From assembly GCF_039654945.1 (NCBI RefSeq), contig NW_027361688.1, positions 248,001-312,000 on the forward strand: a DNA stretch of 64,000 bases. Reading direction: 5' to 3'. How positions within the stretch are numbered: the stretch's first letter is position 1; each line of letters starts with the position of its first letter. Of the stretch, positions 27,030-38,346 are shown in pieces. Position numbers and translations under genes: made by a program. The notes under the pieces are model-generated. The model did no database searches, was not told the origin of the DNA, and worked only from the letters and a program-made list of their open reading frames with translations. The DNA is from Dendrobates tinctorius (taxonomy: Eukaryota).

Positions 27030-27350
27030 TTAATGGGAGTCTGTCACCTCATTTTTCCGATATGAGATGCTGCCACTGCCATCAGGGGCTTATCTACAGC
27101 ATTCTGTAATGCATTCTGTAATGCTGTAGATAAGCCCCCGATGCAACCTGAAAGATAAGAAAAACAAGTTAGTTTATACTCAACCGGGGGTCCGGTTCGG
27201 TCCGATGGATGACGCGGTCCGGCGCCTCCCATCTTCTAACGACGATGTCCTCCTCCTTACTTCTGCCGCAGCTCCTGTGCAGGCATACTATATCTGCCCT
27301 GTTGAGGGCAGAGCAGAGTACTGCAGTGCGCAGGCGCCAGGAAAGATCAG
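27030..27350. mobile_element. T2/Kolobok-like MITE terminal fragment
   Basis: TTAATGGGAGTCTGTCA terminus; a related terminus (TGACAGATTCCCCTTAA) is at ~61445-61501. Confidence 0.5.
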
Positions 27351-27557
27351 AGATGTCTTATCTTTTATATTGTTTTAGACTATAATCTATTTACATTGGC
27401 CCTGAAAGAAATTTTGGTTGTACATAGCAGCAGGAAGGACTGTAAAGCAATAATTCCTGACTGAGTGCCTCTAATACGCTATCCCTACTCAAGCAGCTAA
27501 CCCTACACTTAGTGCAGGTAAGAGTGGTATTAACACAGAACAGAATCTATTAAAATT

Positions 27558-27762
27558 GGCCCTGGGATTGGTTCAAATACCACCAAGGACAACATCTGCA
27601 AGGAGTTTGTATGTTCTCCCCGTGTTTGCATGGGTTTCCTCCCACATTCCAAAGACATAGGGAATTTAGATTGTGAGCCCCACCGGGGACAGTGATGATA
27701 AGGTGCGCAAACTGTAAGGCGCTGCGGAATATGTTACCGCTATATAAAGATTATTATTATTA
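27558..27762 (+). mobile_element. V-SINE-like SINE, 5'-truncated, with an L2-derived tail
   Basis: B-box-like GGTTCAAATACC; central GGAGTTTGTATGTTCTCCCCGTGTTTGCATGGGTTTCCTCC domain; L2-like 3' end and (TTA)n tail. Confidence 0.75.
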
Positions 27763-27896
27763 CAAAAGACCCTCGGTGGGGTTAAACCTGTGGCTACAGT
27801 AAGAAGGAGTTCAGCTTTCTTTCGGATTCTGGAATCACACCCATATTGTATGCATGGGGGAAGTGCGTTTGTTTTCACTTCCTCCTGCCTTCAGTG

Positions 27897-29888
27897 ATGG
27901 CGTCTGCTGGTCTTGAGAAGGAGCTGGAATGTTCTATCTGTATGGACATTTATGAAGATCCTGTAACCCTGACATGTGGACACAACTTCTGCTGGGACTG
28001 TATTGATCAGAATCTAAATGCACAGGAAGAGTCTGGAGATTATTCCTGTCCTGAATGCAGAGAAGAGTTTCAGGAGCGGCCGACACTGCAAAAGAACATA
28101 ACTCTGTGTAATGTGGTGGAGAATTTCCTGCCTACTGAGCCACATCGGGAGGAGATCACCGGGATCTGCTGCTCTTACTGTGTGGACTCTCCTGTACCCG
28201 CTGTTAGATCCTGTCTACACTGCGAGGCTTCTCTGTGTGATAATCACCTGAGAATTCACAGTAAAGAACCAAAACACATCATCACTGATCCCAGCACTTC
28301 TCTGGAGACCAGGAGATGTTCGGTCCATAATGAACTCTTGAAGTATTACTGCACTGAGGACGCTGCTTGTGTCTGTGTGTCCTGCTGTCTGATTGGAGAA
28401 CACAAGGGACATAAGTTGGAGTCTCTGGATGAGGCTTCTGAGAAGAAGAAGAAAAAGCTTAGAAATGTTCTGCAGAAACTGAACATGAAGAGAAAGAAAG
28501 CTGTGGAAGAAGATAGATGTCTGAAAACGAGCAGGAGAAAAGCTCAAGATAAAGCATCTGGAGAAGCCCAGAGAGTCAATTCCCTGTTTACAGACATCAG
28601 GAGGCGGGTGGACAACCTGGAGAACAGTATCCTCAGTGAGATCTTCTGGTGGGAAGACCAGGAGTCACTGTCTGATGTGATCCAGAAGCTGCAAATAAAG
28701 AAGGACCAGATGTCCAGGAAGATGAGGCACATTGAGGAGCTGTGTAACATGACGGATCCACTGACTGTCCTTCAGGATCCAAACATCAGTGCCTTGTGTG
28801 ATTCTGAGGGGGAGAATGAAGGTGATGTGGCCAGAGGAGGACATGATGGAGGTGATGAGGCCACAAAAGGACATGATGGAGGTGATGAGGCCACAGGAGG
28901 ACATGATGTAGGTGATGAAGACACAGGAGGGCACAATGGAGTTGATGAGGATGGAGGAGTGCATGATGGAGATGATGAGGACACAGAGGGACATTATGAA
29001 GGTGATGAGGATGAAGGGGAACATGATGGAGGTGATGAGGACACAGAGGGACTTGATGGAAGTGACGAGGACACAGAGGGACATGATGAAGGTGATGAGG
29101 ACAAAGAGGAACATGATGGAGGTGATAAGGACACAGAGGGACAAAGTGAAGGTGATGAGGACACAGGGAGACATGATGGACATGATTACACACGGGGACA
29201 TGATGGAGGTGATCGGGGTGCGGAGCTGATCTCACACATATCACACACATTGTCTGCTATGATAAGAGATATAAATGTGATCTTCCATGTTGAGGATCCT
29301 GCAGACTTTTTACTGGATGTAAACACGGCTGAAAATAATCTCCTTATATCAGACGACCTAAAAACTGCGACCTGGACAAGAATAAGACAGAATCGTCCAG
29401 AAAGAGCCGAGAGATTCCAGGATTGTCCTCAGGTGATGAGCGGGAGGGGATTTACCTCAGGACGACATTGCTGGGATGTAGAGATCGGAAACTCAAGATT
29501 GTGGATGGTGGGCATGTGTTACCCCAGTATAGACAGGAGGGGGTGTCAGTCATGCATTGGATATAATAACAAGTCCTGGTGTTTACTTAGCGGGATGTTG
29601 CTTAATAATCGGTCTGCAGTGAGACATGAAGGTAAAATAATCAAATTTCCTCACCAGATCTCCAGTGATAGGTTCAGGATCTGTCTGGATTATGAGGCCG
29701 GGCAGCTGTCCTTTTATTTGCTGTGTGACCCCATCAGACACTTACACACCTTCACTGCCGCCTTCTCCGAGCCTCTACATGCTGTGTTATGTGTATGTGG
29801 TGGTTCTATAAAGATATCAGGAGGAGAAGCTGTGAGGAGCCGTAAACGTAGAAGAATCTGCCTTGAGAATGGTGACATCATAGGTTGA
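27897..29888 (+). CDS. TRIM-B: intronless TRIM (RING, 2 B-boxes, coiled coil, acidic repeat linker, PRY/SPRY), 663 aa
   Basis: Same domain motifs as TRIM-A; uninterrupted ORF; GHDGGDEDT-type repeat linker; C-terminal RSRKRRR. Confidence 0.93.
   Translation: MASAGLEKELECSICMDIYEDPVTLTCGHNFCWDCIDQNLNAQEESGDYSCPECREEFQERPTLQKNITLCNVVENFLPTEPHREEITGICCSYCVDSPVPAVRSCLHCEASLCDNHLRIHSKEPKHIITDPSTSLETRRCSVHNELLKYYCTEDAACVCVSCCLIGEHKGHKLESLDEASEKKKKKLRNVLQKLNMKRKKAVEEDRCLKTSRRKAQDKASGEAQRVNSLFTDIRRRVDNLENSILSEIFWWEDQESLSDVIQKLQIKKDQMSRKMRHIEELCNMTDPLTVLQDPNISALCDSEGENEGDVARGGHDGGDEATKGHDGGDEATGGHDVGDEDTGGHNGVDEDGGVHDGDDEDTEGHYEGDEDEGEHDGGDEDTEGLDGSDEDTEGHDEGDEDKEEHDGGDKDTEGQSEGDEDTGRHDGHDYTRGHDGGDRGAELISHISHTLSAMIRDINVIFHVEDPADFLLDVNTAENNLLISDDLKTATWTRIRQNRPERAERFQDCPQVMSGRGFTSGRHCWDVEIGNSRLWMVGMCYPSIDRRGCQSCIGYNNKSWCLLSGMLLNNRSAVRHEGKIIKFPHQISSDRFRICLDYEAGQLSFYLLCDPIRHLHTFTAAFSEPLHAVLCVCGGSIKISGGEAVRSRKRRRICLENGDIIG
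28820..29212 (+). repeat. Coding 30-bp minisatellite in TRIM-B (~13 diverged units)
   Basis: GGACATGATGGAGGTGATGAGGACACAGAG-like units, frame preserved. Confidence 0.9.
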
Positions 29889-29890
29889 AC

Positions 29891-30051
29891 TATTATTATT
29901 ATTTATTGTTATAGCGCCATTTATTCCATGGCGCTTTACATGTAAGGAGGGGTATACATAATAAAATCAAGTACAATAATGTTAAACAATACAAGTCATA
30001 ACTGGTACAGGAGGAGAGAGGACCCTGCCCGCGAATGCTCACAATCTACAA
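29891..30051 (-). mobile_element. Short L2 3'-end insertion just after the TRIM-B stop
   Basis: Reverse complement of the L2 tail at ~23685-23850; absent at the matching TRIM-C position (GAACTATCCAG, ~53320-53330). Confidence 0.8.
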
Positions 30052-31302
30052 ATATCCAGATCTCCACACCTTATGGGCTATGGACACCTCTGATTTTGAA
30101 ATAATTTTTTTTGTCCAACTGTTACTGGTTTCTTGAGTTCCTCTAGTGTTCAGGCTGCAATGTTCATTCCGACATTAATGTTTAGACCTCCTGTTATGCA
30201 GTTTATAAACTATTCCTAGTTTCAGATTTTTCTCTTGTTGTCAGGTCCCTCTCAGTAATACAGGCTGGATGTGATGTCTTTGAGTTAGCACAGCTTCATT
30301 CCTGGACTGATTTCTCCTTGTGACTCATAGCAGCAAAATGTTAAAAAAAATAATGTGTTATGAAGATTACTTAGAAAGGAAACGAACATGAAACATACGG
30401 TGTGAAGGTGTCTCTATTATTAAAACGGGTCCGCACATTTTACCCATATATTATAGTGTAGTTTATTATAAAAGTATAATGTCGAGACTTTTGTATGTCG
30501 CTTTTTTAGCTGATGTGTCATATTTGAAGTGTTATTCTCAGAATTGTATTATTTGTCACAAAGTACAGTAAATGTATACTTATTGGAATATTCTGATTGA
30601 ACACAACATAAAGTTTCTTTCTTACAGCCTGTGTCTTTTTTTTTCTCTCCTTCCCTCTGTGAATCCAGTGTTACATAGCTGAATGGGTGGTCCTATTCTT
30701 ACTCTGCCAAAACTACATTTCCCAGCAGCTCTTGCTTCTCCTCAGTGCTGCAGAGCCCTCCCTCCCCTGTGTGCTGCTGACCGGCCTTACCTCTCAGTGC
30801 AGTTGGGGGAGGTGGGAATGTGGGAGCTGCCAGGGGAGATCTGGAGATGATCGGAGCTAATCTTGTAGCTCGTAGGATGTCCTCAACACGGAAGGGATCG
30901 ATATTCAGGCTGAACAGGGGGATCATGTGCGGGGTCTACATGACACATTTGTCCATGTTTTAGGTTTAATACTGAAAAGATATAGCTGAGCTGGGATGAG
31001 GCGGATTACACTAATGGATTATATGCCTCATATAAAATCTAGTGCTTGTTTTTGCATTTTTGGAGCGGGGGCGGGGAATTTTACTTTTCACTGGTTTTGT
31101 AGTTTTAGGGGGCGGTGTACCAGGTGGTTAAATAAAGGACATAATAAGTAATAAGGTCCTTTCAACTTTTGTGGTTTTTAGCTGGCATCCCTTATCTAAC
31201 GTACAAAATAAGGTGCCATAGCTTGTTCTCTCTGGTATCGTAGGTAATAGAATGCTTACGGTCAAGCTACAGTTGATATCAGAAGTTTCCATCCACTATA
31301 TA

Positions 31303-31470
31303 TTATTATTATTATTTATTTCTACAGCACCATTGATTCCATGGTGCTGTACATGAGAAGGGGTTACATACAAATTACAGATATCACTTACAGTAAACTA
31401 ACTAATAATCACAGACTGATACAGAGGCGAGAGAGGACCCTGTCCTTTCAGGCTTCCATTCTACAGGACA
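31303..31470 (-). mobile_element. L2-type 3'-end fragment
   Basis: (TTA)n tail, CAGCACCAT/ATGGTGCTG stem-loop and GAGAGGACCCTG. Confidence 0.6.
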
Positions 31471-32346
31471 GTGGGGAAGCTTCTCACAATAGTTGGTCGG
31501 AATTTATGCCTATTTCTCCTGACAAAACTGGTGTCACTGGTCCTGGTTTGTAGGTCGCCTTGCTCTCACCGGCCTTTTTAGCTTTGCCCATAAATTTTCA
31601 ATAGGATTGAGATCAGGGCTTTGTGATGGCGGCTTCAAAACATTGACTTTGTTATCCTGAAGCCAGTTTCTTACCAATCTGGCAGTATGCTTCGGGTCAT
31701 TGTCCATGTGGAAGACCCATTTCCTCCCAAGCTTTAACTTCCTGGCTGATGTCTTGAGATGTGGCTTCAGTATTGCTACATAATCTTCTTTTATCATGAT
31801 GCCATCTATTTTGTGAAGTGCACCAGTCCCTCCTGCAGCAAAACAACCCCACAGCATGATGCTGCCACCACCGTGTTTCACAGTTGTGTTGGTGTTCTTA
31901 GGCTTCCAAGCATCTACCTTTTTCCTCCAAACATAACAAAGGTCATTATGCACAAAAAGTTCAATTTTAGTTTCATCAGCCCACAGGACATGTCTCCAAA
32001 AATGCATATGTTCCTGTGTGCATTTGAAAAGATTAATCTGGCCTTTTATGTTTATTTTGGAGTAATGGCATCTTCCTGGCAGAGTGGTGTAGTGCGAATA
32101 TAAAAATGGCTATTTTGAGTCCATATTGAAATATGCAGAATGCATTCAAACCATTATTTAGCTGCATTTCTGGTCAAACAGTTACAGACAAGACAATGGT
32201 TACAGTGACACAATCTTGAGAACTGTTGTTTCACAAATATTTCTAAGTTTATCTATGTTTGTTTGTCATTGTAAAACATTAAGGTTTATTTAACCTCTGT
32301 CTGTGGTGGTTTTATCTGAAGATCTCTTGTGGCTTTTATATTCTAA

Positions 32347-32755
32347 AGCCCCCGTCACACATAGCGATCGTGCTAGCGAGATCACTGCTGAGTCACAAGT
32401 TTTGTGACGCCACAGCGATCTCACCAGTGAGATCGCTATGTGTGACACTGACCAGCGACCGGCCCCCCGCCGGTTATCGCTGTTCGTCCTGGATTGGCCA
32501 GGACATTTTTTTGATCACTGGTCTCCCGCTGGCCAGCACACATCGCTGCGTGTGGCAGGCGGGAGACCAGCGATCAGCGCACTGGTAACTAAGGTAAATG
32601 CAGGGTTTCTAAGCACTCGGCATCACTGGTGCTGATCGCTGGTGAAGCTGTCTGTGTGACAGCTCACCAGCGATCATGTAGCGACTCACCAGCGATCCTG
32701 ACATGTTGATATCGTTGTCGGGATCGCTGGTGAGTCGCTATGTGTGACGGGGCCC
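32347..32755. mobile_element. Harbinger-type MITE
   Basis: TIRs AGCCCCCGTCACACATAGCGA / TCGCTATGTGTGACGGGGCCC; TSD TAA. Confidence 0.85.
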
Positions 32756-32860
32756 TAAGGGTTTACGACCCATTGTCTGATGATGCCATATTATCTGTGA
32801 AGGCTGGCCACTGGAAGGGTTGGATGAAGCTACTATTTAAGACCAGAGAAAGATGACTTA

Positions 32861-33136
32861 GGGTCCCGTTTCACACAGTGACAACGCACCAGCAATCCCG
32901 ACAACGATACGTTGTCACACAGCTGCTATTCTGACGACTCACATCTTGATCCCTGAGTTCTGTATCACCAACGAGGTCGCTCGTCGGCGTCACACACAAT
33001 GAGGCATGCTGGCCAGCGGGACGCCGACGATGAAAAAATGGCCCAGGACATTCGAGCACGATCAGCGATATCCAGCAGGGGGGCCGGTCGCCGCTATGTG
33101 TCACATGTAGCGAGATCGCTATGTGAGATGGGGCCT
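32861..33136. mobile_element. Harbinger-type MITE, related to 32347-32755
   Basis: TIRs GGGTCCCGTTTCACACAG / CTATGTGAGATGGGGCCT; TSD TTA. Confidence 0.75.
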
Positions 33137-33699
33137 TTAGACAGAAGCAAAACTTGGACACCTGTACACATGTGCTGTGCTGATACCTGCATAAGTGGGG
33201 ACGCCCGTGCAGTGTTGTGAATCTTCCAGGGGTCTCTGTCTTGGTGTGGCTTCTCTGATATTCCAGACGGATGATGTTTAAAAGCCTCTTGGTGATTGAT
33301 GATGTGAGTATACTGTATATAGTTAATCTTTATATATACCTAATCATTATATGTATTCAATCTTTATATGTACTTAACCTTTGTATCTTAAAATATACAA
33401 AAGTGTACGCAATCATACTATCCAATCATACTATTCCTTTAATTTTGTACTTTGAAATAAAATTGTGTTATATCGCAAGCAGTAGCCGTCTTTAAAGCCG
33501 TATCCGAACCTTAGTGTTGAAAACTTGGCAATACAAGTGGCCTTTCAGCCCATGTTGATACAGTGCTCTCTTCACTGTGGATATTGACACAATCTTACCA
33601 GCTTCAGCCATCATCCTCACAAGGTCCTTTGCTTTTGTCCTTGGGTTGATATGCCCATGTCGGACCAAAGCACGTTTATCTCTGGGACAGAGAACCCGT

Positions 33700-34108
33700 G
33701 CACATATACTCATCATACATATCTTCTATCCCATAGTCCAGTGCCCATATACCATCACACATCCTCCATCCTATAGTCCCGTGCCCATATACCCATCATA
33801 CATCCTCCATCCCATAGTCCGGTGCCCATATACCCATCACACATCCTCCATCCCAAAGTTCCGTGCCAATATACCCATTATGACATCATCTTCACCATGG
33901 CAACCTATCATGACATCATCACCATTGCAACCATTATGACATCATCGTCGCCATGGCAACCTATTATGACATCATCACCATGGCAATCATTATGACATAA
34001 CTGTCACCATTGCAACCTATTATGACAACATCGTCGCCATCGCAACCATTATGACATCTTCGTCGATACACACAAATGCACACACATGCACGTTTTTATA
34101 TATATAGA
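33700..34108 (-). mobile_element. Truncated non-autonomous Helitron (5' part)
   Basis: Minus-strand start A|TCTATATATATAAAA; same 41-bp minisatellite and TATGACATCAT repeats as 36360-38349. Confidence 0.65.
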
Positions 34109-34327
34109 TAAATGTGTGTTTGACGGACTCGCACGATAAGCCAAAAGACTTTCTCCGGACTTAAGTTTTATGTACGTTATTTATTAAAGTGATGGTCTAC
34201 CAACACTGCATGGTCAGGGACGACCATATTTAAAGGAGAGAGATGTGTAAGGGGGTACAGAGACACACTCCTTGAGCACATCCCTGTAAAGCTGGTATAT
34301 CTGATAATGTAATGTATATTTGATATG

Positions 34328-35029
34328 TGTCATGATCCAGGATGGTGTTTCGCTTTGGCCCGTCCTGATCAGACTGGGGGTTAATTGTTCAGCCTCTCTC
34401 TGGCAGAGGGCGGCTATTTAATGCTCACTGAACCTACGTCCGGTGTCAGTTACACTCCTGCCCTCCGCTGAGTTAGTTGACCTTGTGCATACGTGTGCCT
34501 TGTGCTTGATATCTTGCTTGCTTGTTTGGTTTTGATCCGGTTCTGTCCCTGTTACGAGTTCTGCCTGGCCCTCTTGTACTGCGCTACCTCTCGTGTATGA
34601 CTCTCTGCTTGTGACCTCACTTCTCTCTGCTTGTCCCGTTGGTACCACGTCGCCCTCTTGTGTATGACCTTTGGCTTTGTCTGACTACCCGTCTGTTTGT
34701 CCCTCCTGTGCCTCGTTTGCCCATACTGTTGTGACCTCCATTTTGCCTGACTCTGAGTTGTATGGTGTCCTGTCATATCTGAAAGCAGGACGCTAAGCCC
34801 CGCCCCCTTGCAGTCACCTGACCATAGGTCCTGTGCCAGCTTGCTAACTTCAGTGTCCGCAGGTCCTGTGCCTCTTTACTTTCCGGTGCTGACTGGACCC
34901 TGACACTAATAGTTTGAAGCACGCATTGTCACCTCTGCTGCCCGCTCCACAGGTATCTTTTAGCACTGTTTCTGTACTCAGGACATGCGCACTGGCTCTG
35001 TGAGTGAGTGTAGTGCGGTGTCTCTGACA
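34328..35029 (+). mobile_element. Solo LTR (702 bp), probably nested in an older LTR-like sequence (~34246-35717)
   Basis: TGTCA...TGACA termini; perfect 5-bp TSD ATATG; TATTTAA at ~34415. Confidence 0.8.
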
Positions 35030-36423
35030 ATATGTCTTATAATGCTGCTATATTGTGTAATGAATTGTATATATATTCCTTGTATTAAATAGATGTAGAG
35101 AAAGTGTAGGATTTAGGTTAGCTCACTAGAGGGGGCACAATAGAATAGAGTAAGTTAGGAATTAGACCAATAGGATTTAGTTAGTTAGGAGGGGCCATCT
35201 GGGTGTAAGTTAGAGAGCTTCCTGAGTTCAGTTAGTAGGGGCTGGGAACCCAGAAAGGACAGTTGAGTCCCGTAACTTTTAAGCAAGGAGCCTAGTCGTC
35301 CAGGGCCTATGGGCTGACAGTCACATGGTAGTGGAGGAATACAGGGCAGCATCAACATGGTAGCAGCTAACTTTGTGGGAACAACCCTAAGTGTCTGGGG
35401 CGAAACGGATGAGGTACTCCTGAAGTGAATTAGTCTGGCCAGTCAGAAAGCTGAGGTACCGAAGGAGACAGTACGACCCTGTGATATTCCTGGATAAGTG
35501 AGGGACAACACAGGGAAAGGAATGGCTATACTCTTTGAAGAACCTTATGCTGTTTCTGTGACTAAAGTGGACGTGCCCTGAAAATAACTGAGTAAAGTTG
35601 TTTTATTAAAAATGGATCCGGATTCTGCCTGTCATTGTGTGCTGATGAAAGGGAAGAAGCCCTGGCAGAACAGAGAGGACCCTGATGGACAGGAGAGAGG
35701 ACTAAAAGGTACACTACAGCAGAGACAATGTATTTATGTGGCGGGAGGCCAAAGCAGCCACCGTTAGTCATGACTACAGCCCTGGCCACCGTTGCACCAT
35801 GCTAAGGCGATTCTCGATATTAGTATGCATTAGCCTTCTGACTGAGCACTCTACCCCTTAGCCTCAGGCATTTTTAATTGCACCAGGTTTCTACCCCCCA
35901 TTGAGATATAGACTTTAGTTCAAGAGAGGATTCATATTAGTCTCCAAGAGAGATGTAGACTGTCTGAGAGAGGATTGACATTAGGTCCTGCCAGGGAGAA
36001 TTGCCTTATCGTGTCTGCCAGGTACATATGAATTGGCTAATTTATGCGCTAAGCATTCTCAGTTTTTCATATTTCTAGTGCAGAAATGCAATTCAATTTT
36101 CATATTTCATGTTTGCATGCTATAGCACTACAGAGAGCTGCTTAATTTGTTTCATTGTATATGAGTTGGCGACTCTAGGTAAGCGCCTGTTCACACCTGA
36201 TTTGTGTTTGGCTGTGACAGTCAGTCTTTTGATATTTGTTGCACTTTATTGTCTCTAGCGCCTACTTTTGCATTTTGCCCATTATTGCTTATTTTGCAAG
36301 TTAGTCTTGGGTGTCCTTTTGGAAATATTATTATACCACTGGTCATTTCTATGTGAATACTAGCTGAAGAGCCCGGCGCTGCCTGGGCATAGTAACTAAC
36401 TGTGGTTATAGCAAATTATAATT

Positions 36424-37812
36424 ATCCTCCATCCCATAGTCCCGTGCCCATATACCCATCATACATATCCTCCATCCCATAGTCCCATGCCCATATACCC
36501 ATCACACATATCCTCCATCCCATAGTCCCATGCCCATATACCCATCATACATATCCTCCATCCCATAGTCCCGTGCCCATATACCCGTCATACATACTCC
36601 ATCCCATAGTCTCATGCCCATATACCCATCATACATATTCTCCATCCCATAGTCCCGTGCCCATATACCCATCACACATCCTCCATCCCATAGTCCCGTG
36701 CCCATATACCCATCATACATATCCGCCATCCCATAGTCCCGTGCCCATATACCCATCACACATCCTCCATCCCATAGTCCCGTGCCCATATACCCGTAAT
36801 ACATCCTCCATCCCATAGTCTCATGCCCATATACCCATCACACATCCTCCATCCCATAGTCCCGTGCCCATATACCCATCACACATCCTCCATCCCATAG
36901 TCCCGTGCCCATATACCCATCACACATCCTCCATCCCATAGTCCCGTGCCCATATACCCGTCATACATACTCCATCCCATAGTCTCATGCCCATATATCC
37001 ATCATACATATTCTCCATCCCATAGTCCCGTGCCCATATACCCATCACACATCCTCCATCCCATAGTCCCGTGCCCATATACCCATCATACATATCCGCC
37101 ATCCCATAGTCCCGTGCCCATATACCCATCACACATCCTCCATCCCATAGTCCCGTGCCCATATACCCGTAATACATCCTCCATCCCATAGTCTCATGCC
37201 CATATACCCATCACACATCCTCCATCCCATAGTCCCGTGCCCATATACCCATCACACATCCTCCATCCCATAGTCCCGTGCCCATATACCCATCACACAT
37301 CCTCCATCCCATAGTCCCATGCCCATATACCCGTAATACATCCTCCATCCCATAGTCTCATGCCCATATACCCATCACACATCCTCCATCCCATAGTCCA
37401 GTGCCCATATACCCATCACACATCCTCCATCCCATAGTCCCGTGCCCATATACCCATCATACATATCCTCCATCCCATAGTCCAGTGCCCATATACCCAT
37501 CACACATCCTCCATCCCATAGTCCCGTGCCCATATACCCATCACACATCCTCCATCCCATAGTCCCGTGCCCATATACCCATCACACATCCTCCATCCCA
37601 TAGTCCCGTGCCCATATACCCATCACACATCCTCCATCCCATAGTCCCGTGCCCATATACCCGTCATACATATCCTCCATCCCATAGTCCTGTGCCCATA
37701 CACCCATCACACATCCTCCATCCCATAGTCCTGTGCCCATATACCAATCATACATATCCGCCATCCCTTAGTCCCATGCCCATATACCCATCACACATCC
37801 TCCATCCCATAG
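36424..37812. repeat. 41/43-bp minisatellite
   Basis: CCATCCCATAGTCCCGTGCCCATATACCCATCACACATCCT units with a ~373-bp higher-order duplication. Confidence 0.95.
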
Positions 37813-38076
37813 TTAACCATTATGACATCATAATGAGCGGCGGGGCTTGCAACCTATCATGAAATCAGCGTCACCATGGCAACCATTATGACATCATAAT
37901 GAGGGGCGGGGCTTGATACGCACACACTTTTTCCCCCAGTATGTAGATAGGGGCAAAATTGTTTGGTGAATTGGAACGCGCGGGGTTAAAATTTCGCCTC
38001 ACAACATAGCCTAGGACACTCTCAGGGTCCAGACGTGTGACTGTGCCAAATTTTGTGGCTGTAGCTGCGACGGTGC

Positions 38077-38346
38077 NNNNNNNNNNNNNNNNNNNNNNNN
38101 NNNNNNNNNNNNNNNNNNNNNNNNNNNNNNNNNNNNNNNNNNNNNNNNNNNNNNNNNNNNNNNNNNNNNNNNNNNNNNNNNNNNNNNNNNNNNNNNNNNN
38201 NNNNNNNNNNNNNNNNNNNNNNNNNNNNNNNNNNNNNNNNNNNNNNNNNNNNNNNNNNNNNNNNNNNNNNNNNNNNNNNNNNNNNNNNNNNNNNNNNNNN
38301 NNNNNNNNNNNNNNNNNNNNNNNNNNNNNNNNNNNNNNNNNNNNNN
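38077..38346. other. Assembly gap (270 N)
   Basis: Run of n. Confidence 1.

Larger units (their letters stand above)
23918..31310 (+). repeat. Segmental duplication unit 1 (carries TRIM-B)
   Basis: 23918-24371 matches 38423-38873; 27760-31310 matches 51297-61444 apart from copy-specific TE insertions. Confidence 0.85.
32088..33535 (+). mobile_element. Solo LTR carrying two nested MITEs
   Basis: TGTAGTGCGAA...TTGGCAATACA termini; perfect 5-bp TSD AGTGG; TATTTAA at ~32834 and AATAAA at ~33456. Confidence 0.8.
31473..33700 (-). mobile_element. Tc1 transposase remnant split by a solo LTR
   Basis: WADETK, MDNDPKH and SPDLNPIENLW (DD34E type) in 31534-32007; DNA-binding part (NPRTKAKDL...STVKRAL) resumes at 33541-33700. 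Confidence 0.9.

Noticed and set aside
27871-27884. TTTCACTTCC (IRF/ETS-like motif) near the TRIM-B start
   Set aside because: Not conserved in TRIM-A or TRIM-C, and too short to call
34246-35717. Possible outer LTR (TGTAAG...CTACA)
   Set aside because: No matching TSD found, so boundaries are unsupported; mentioned only as context
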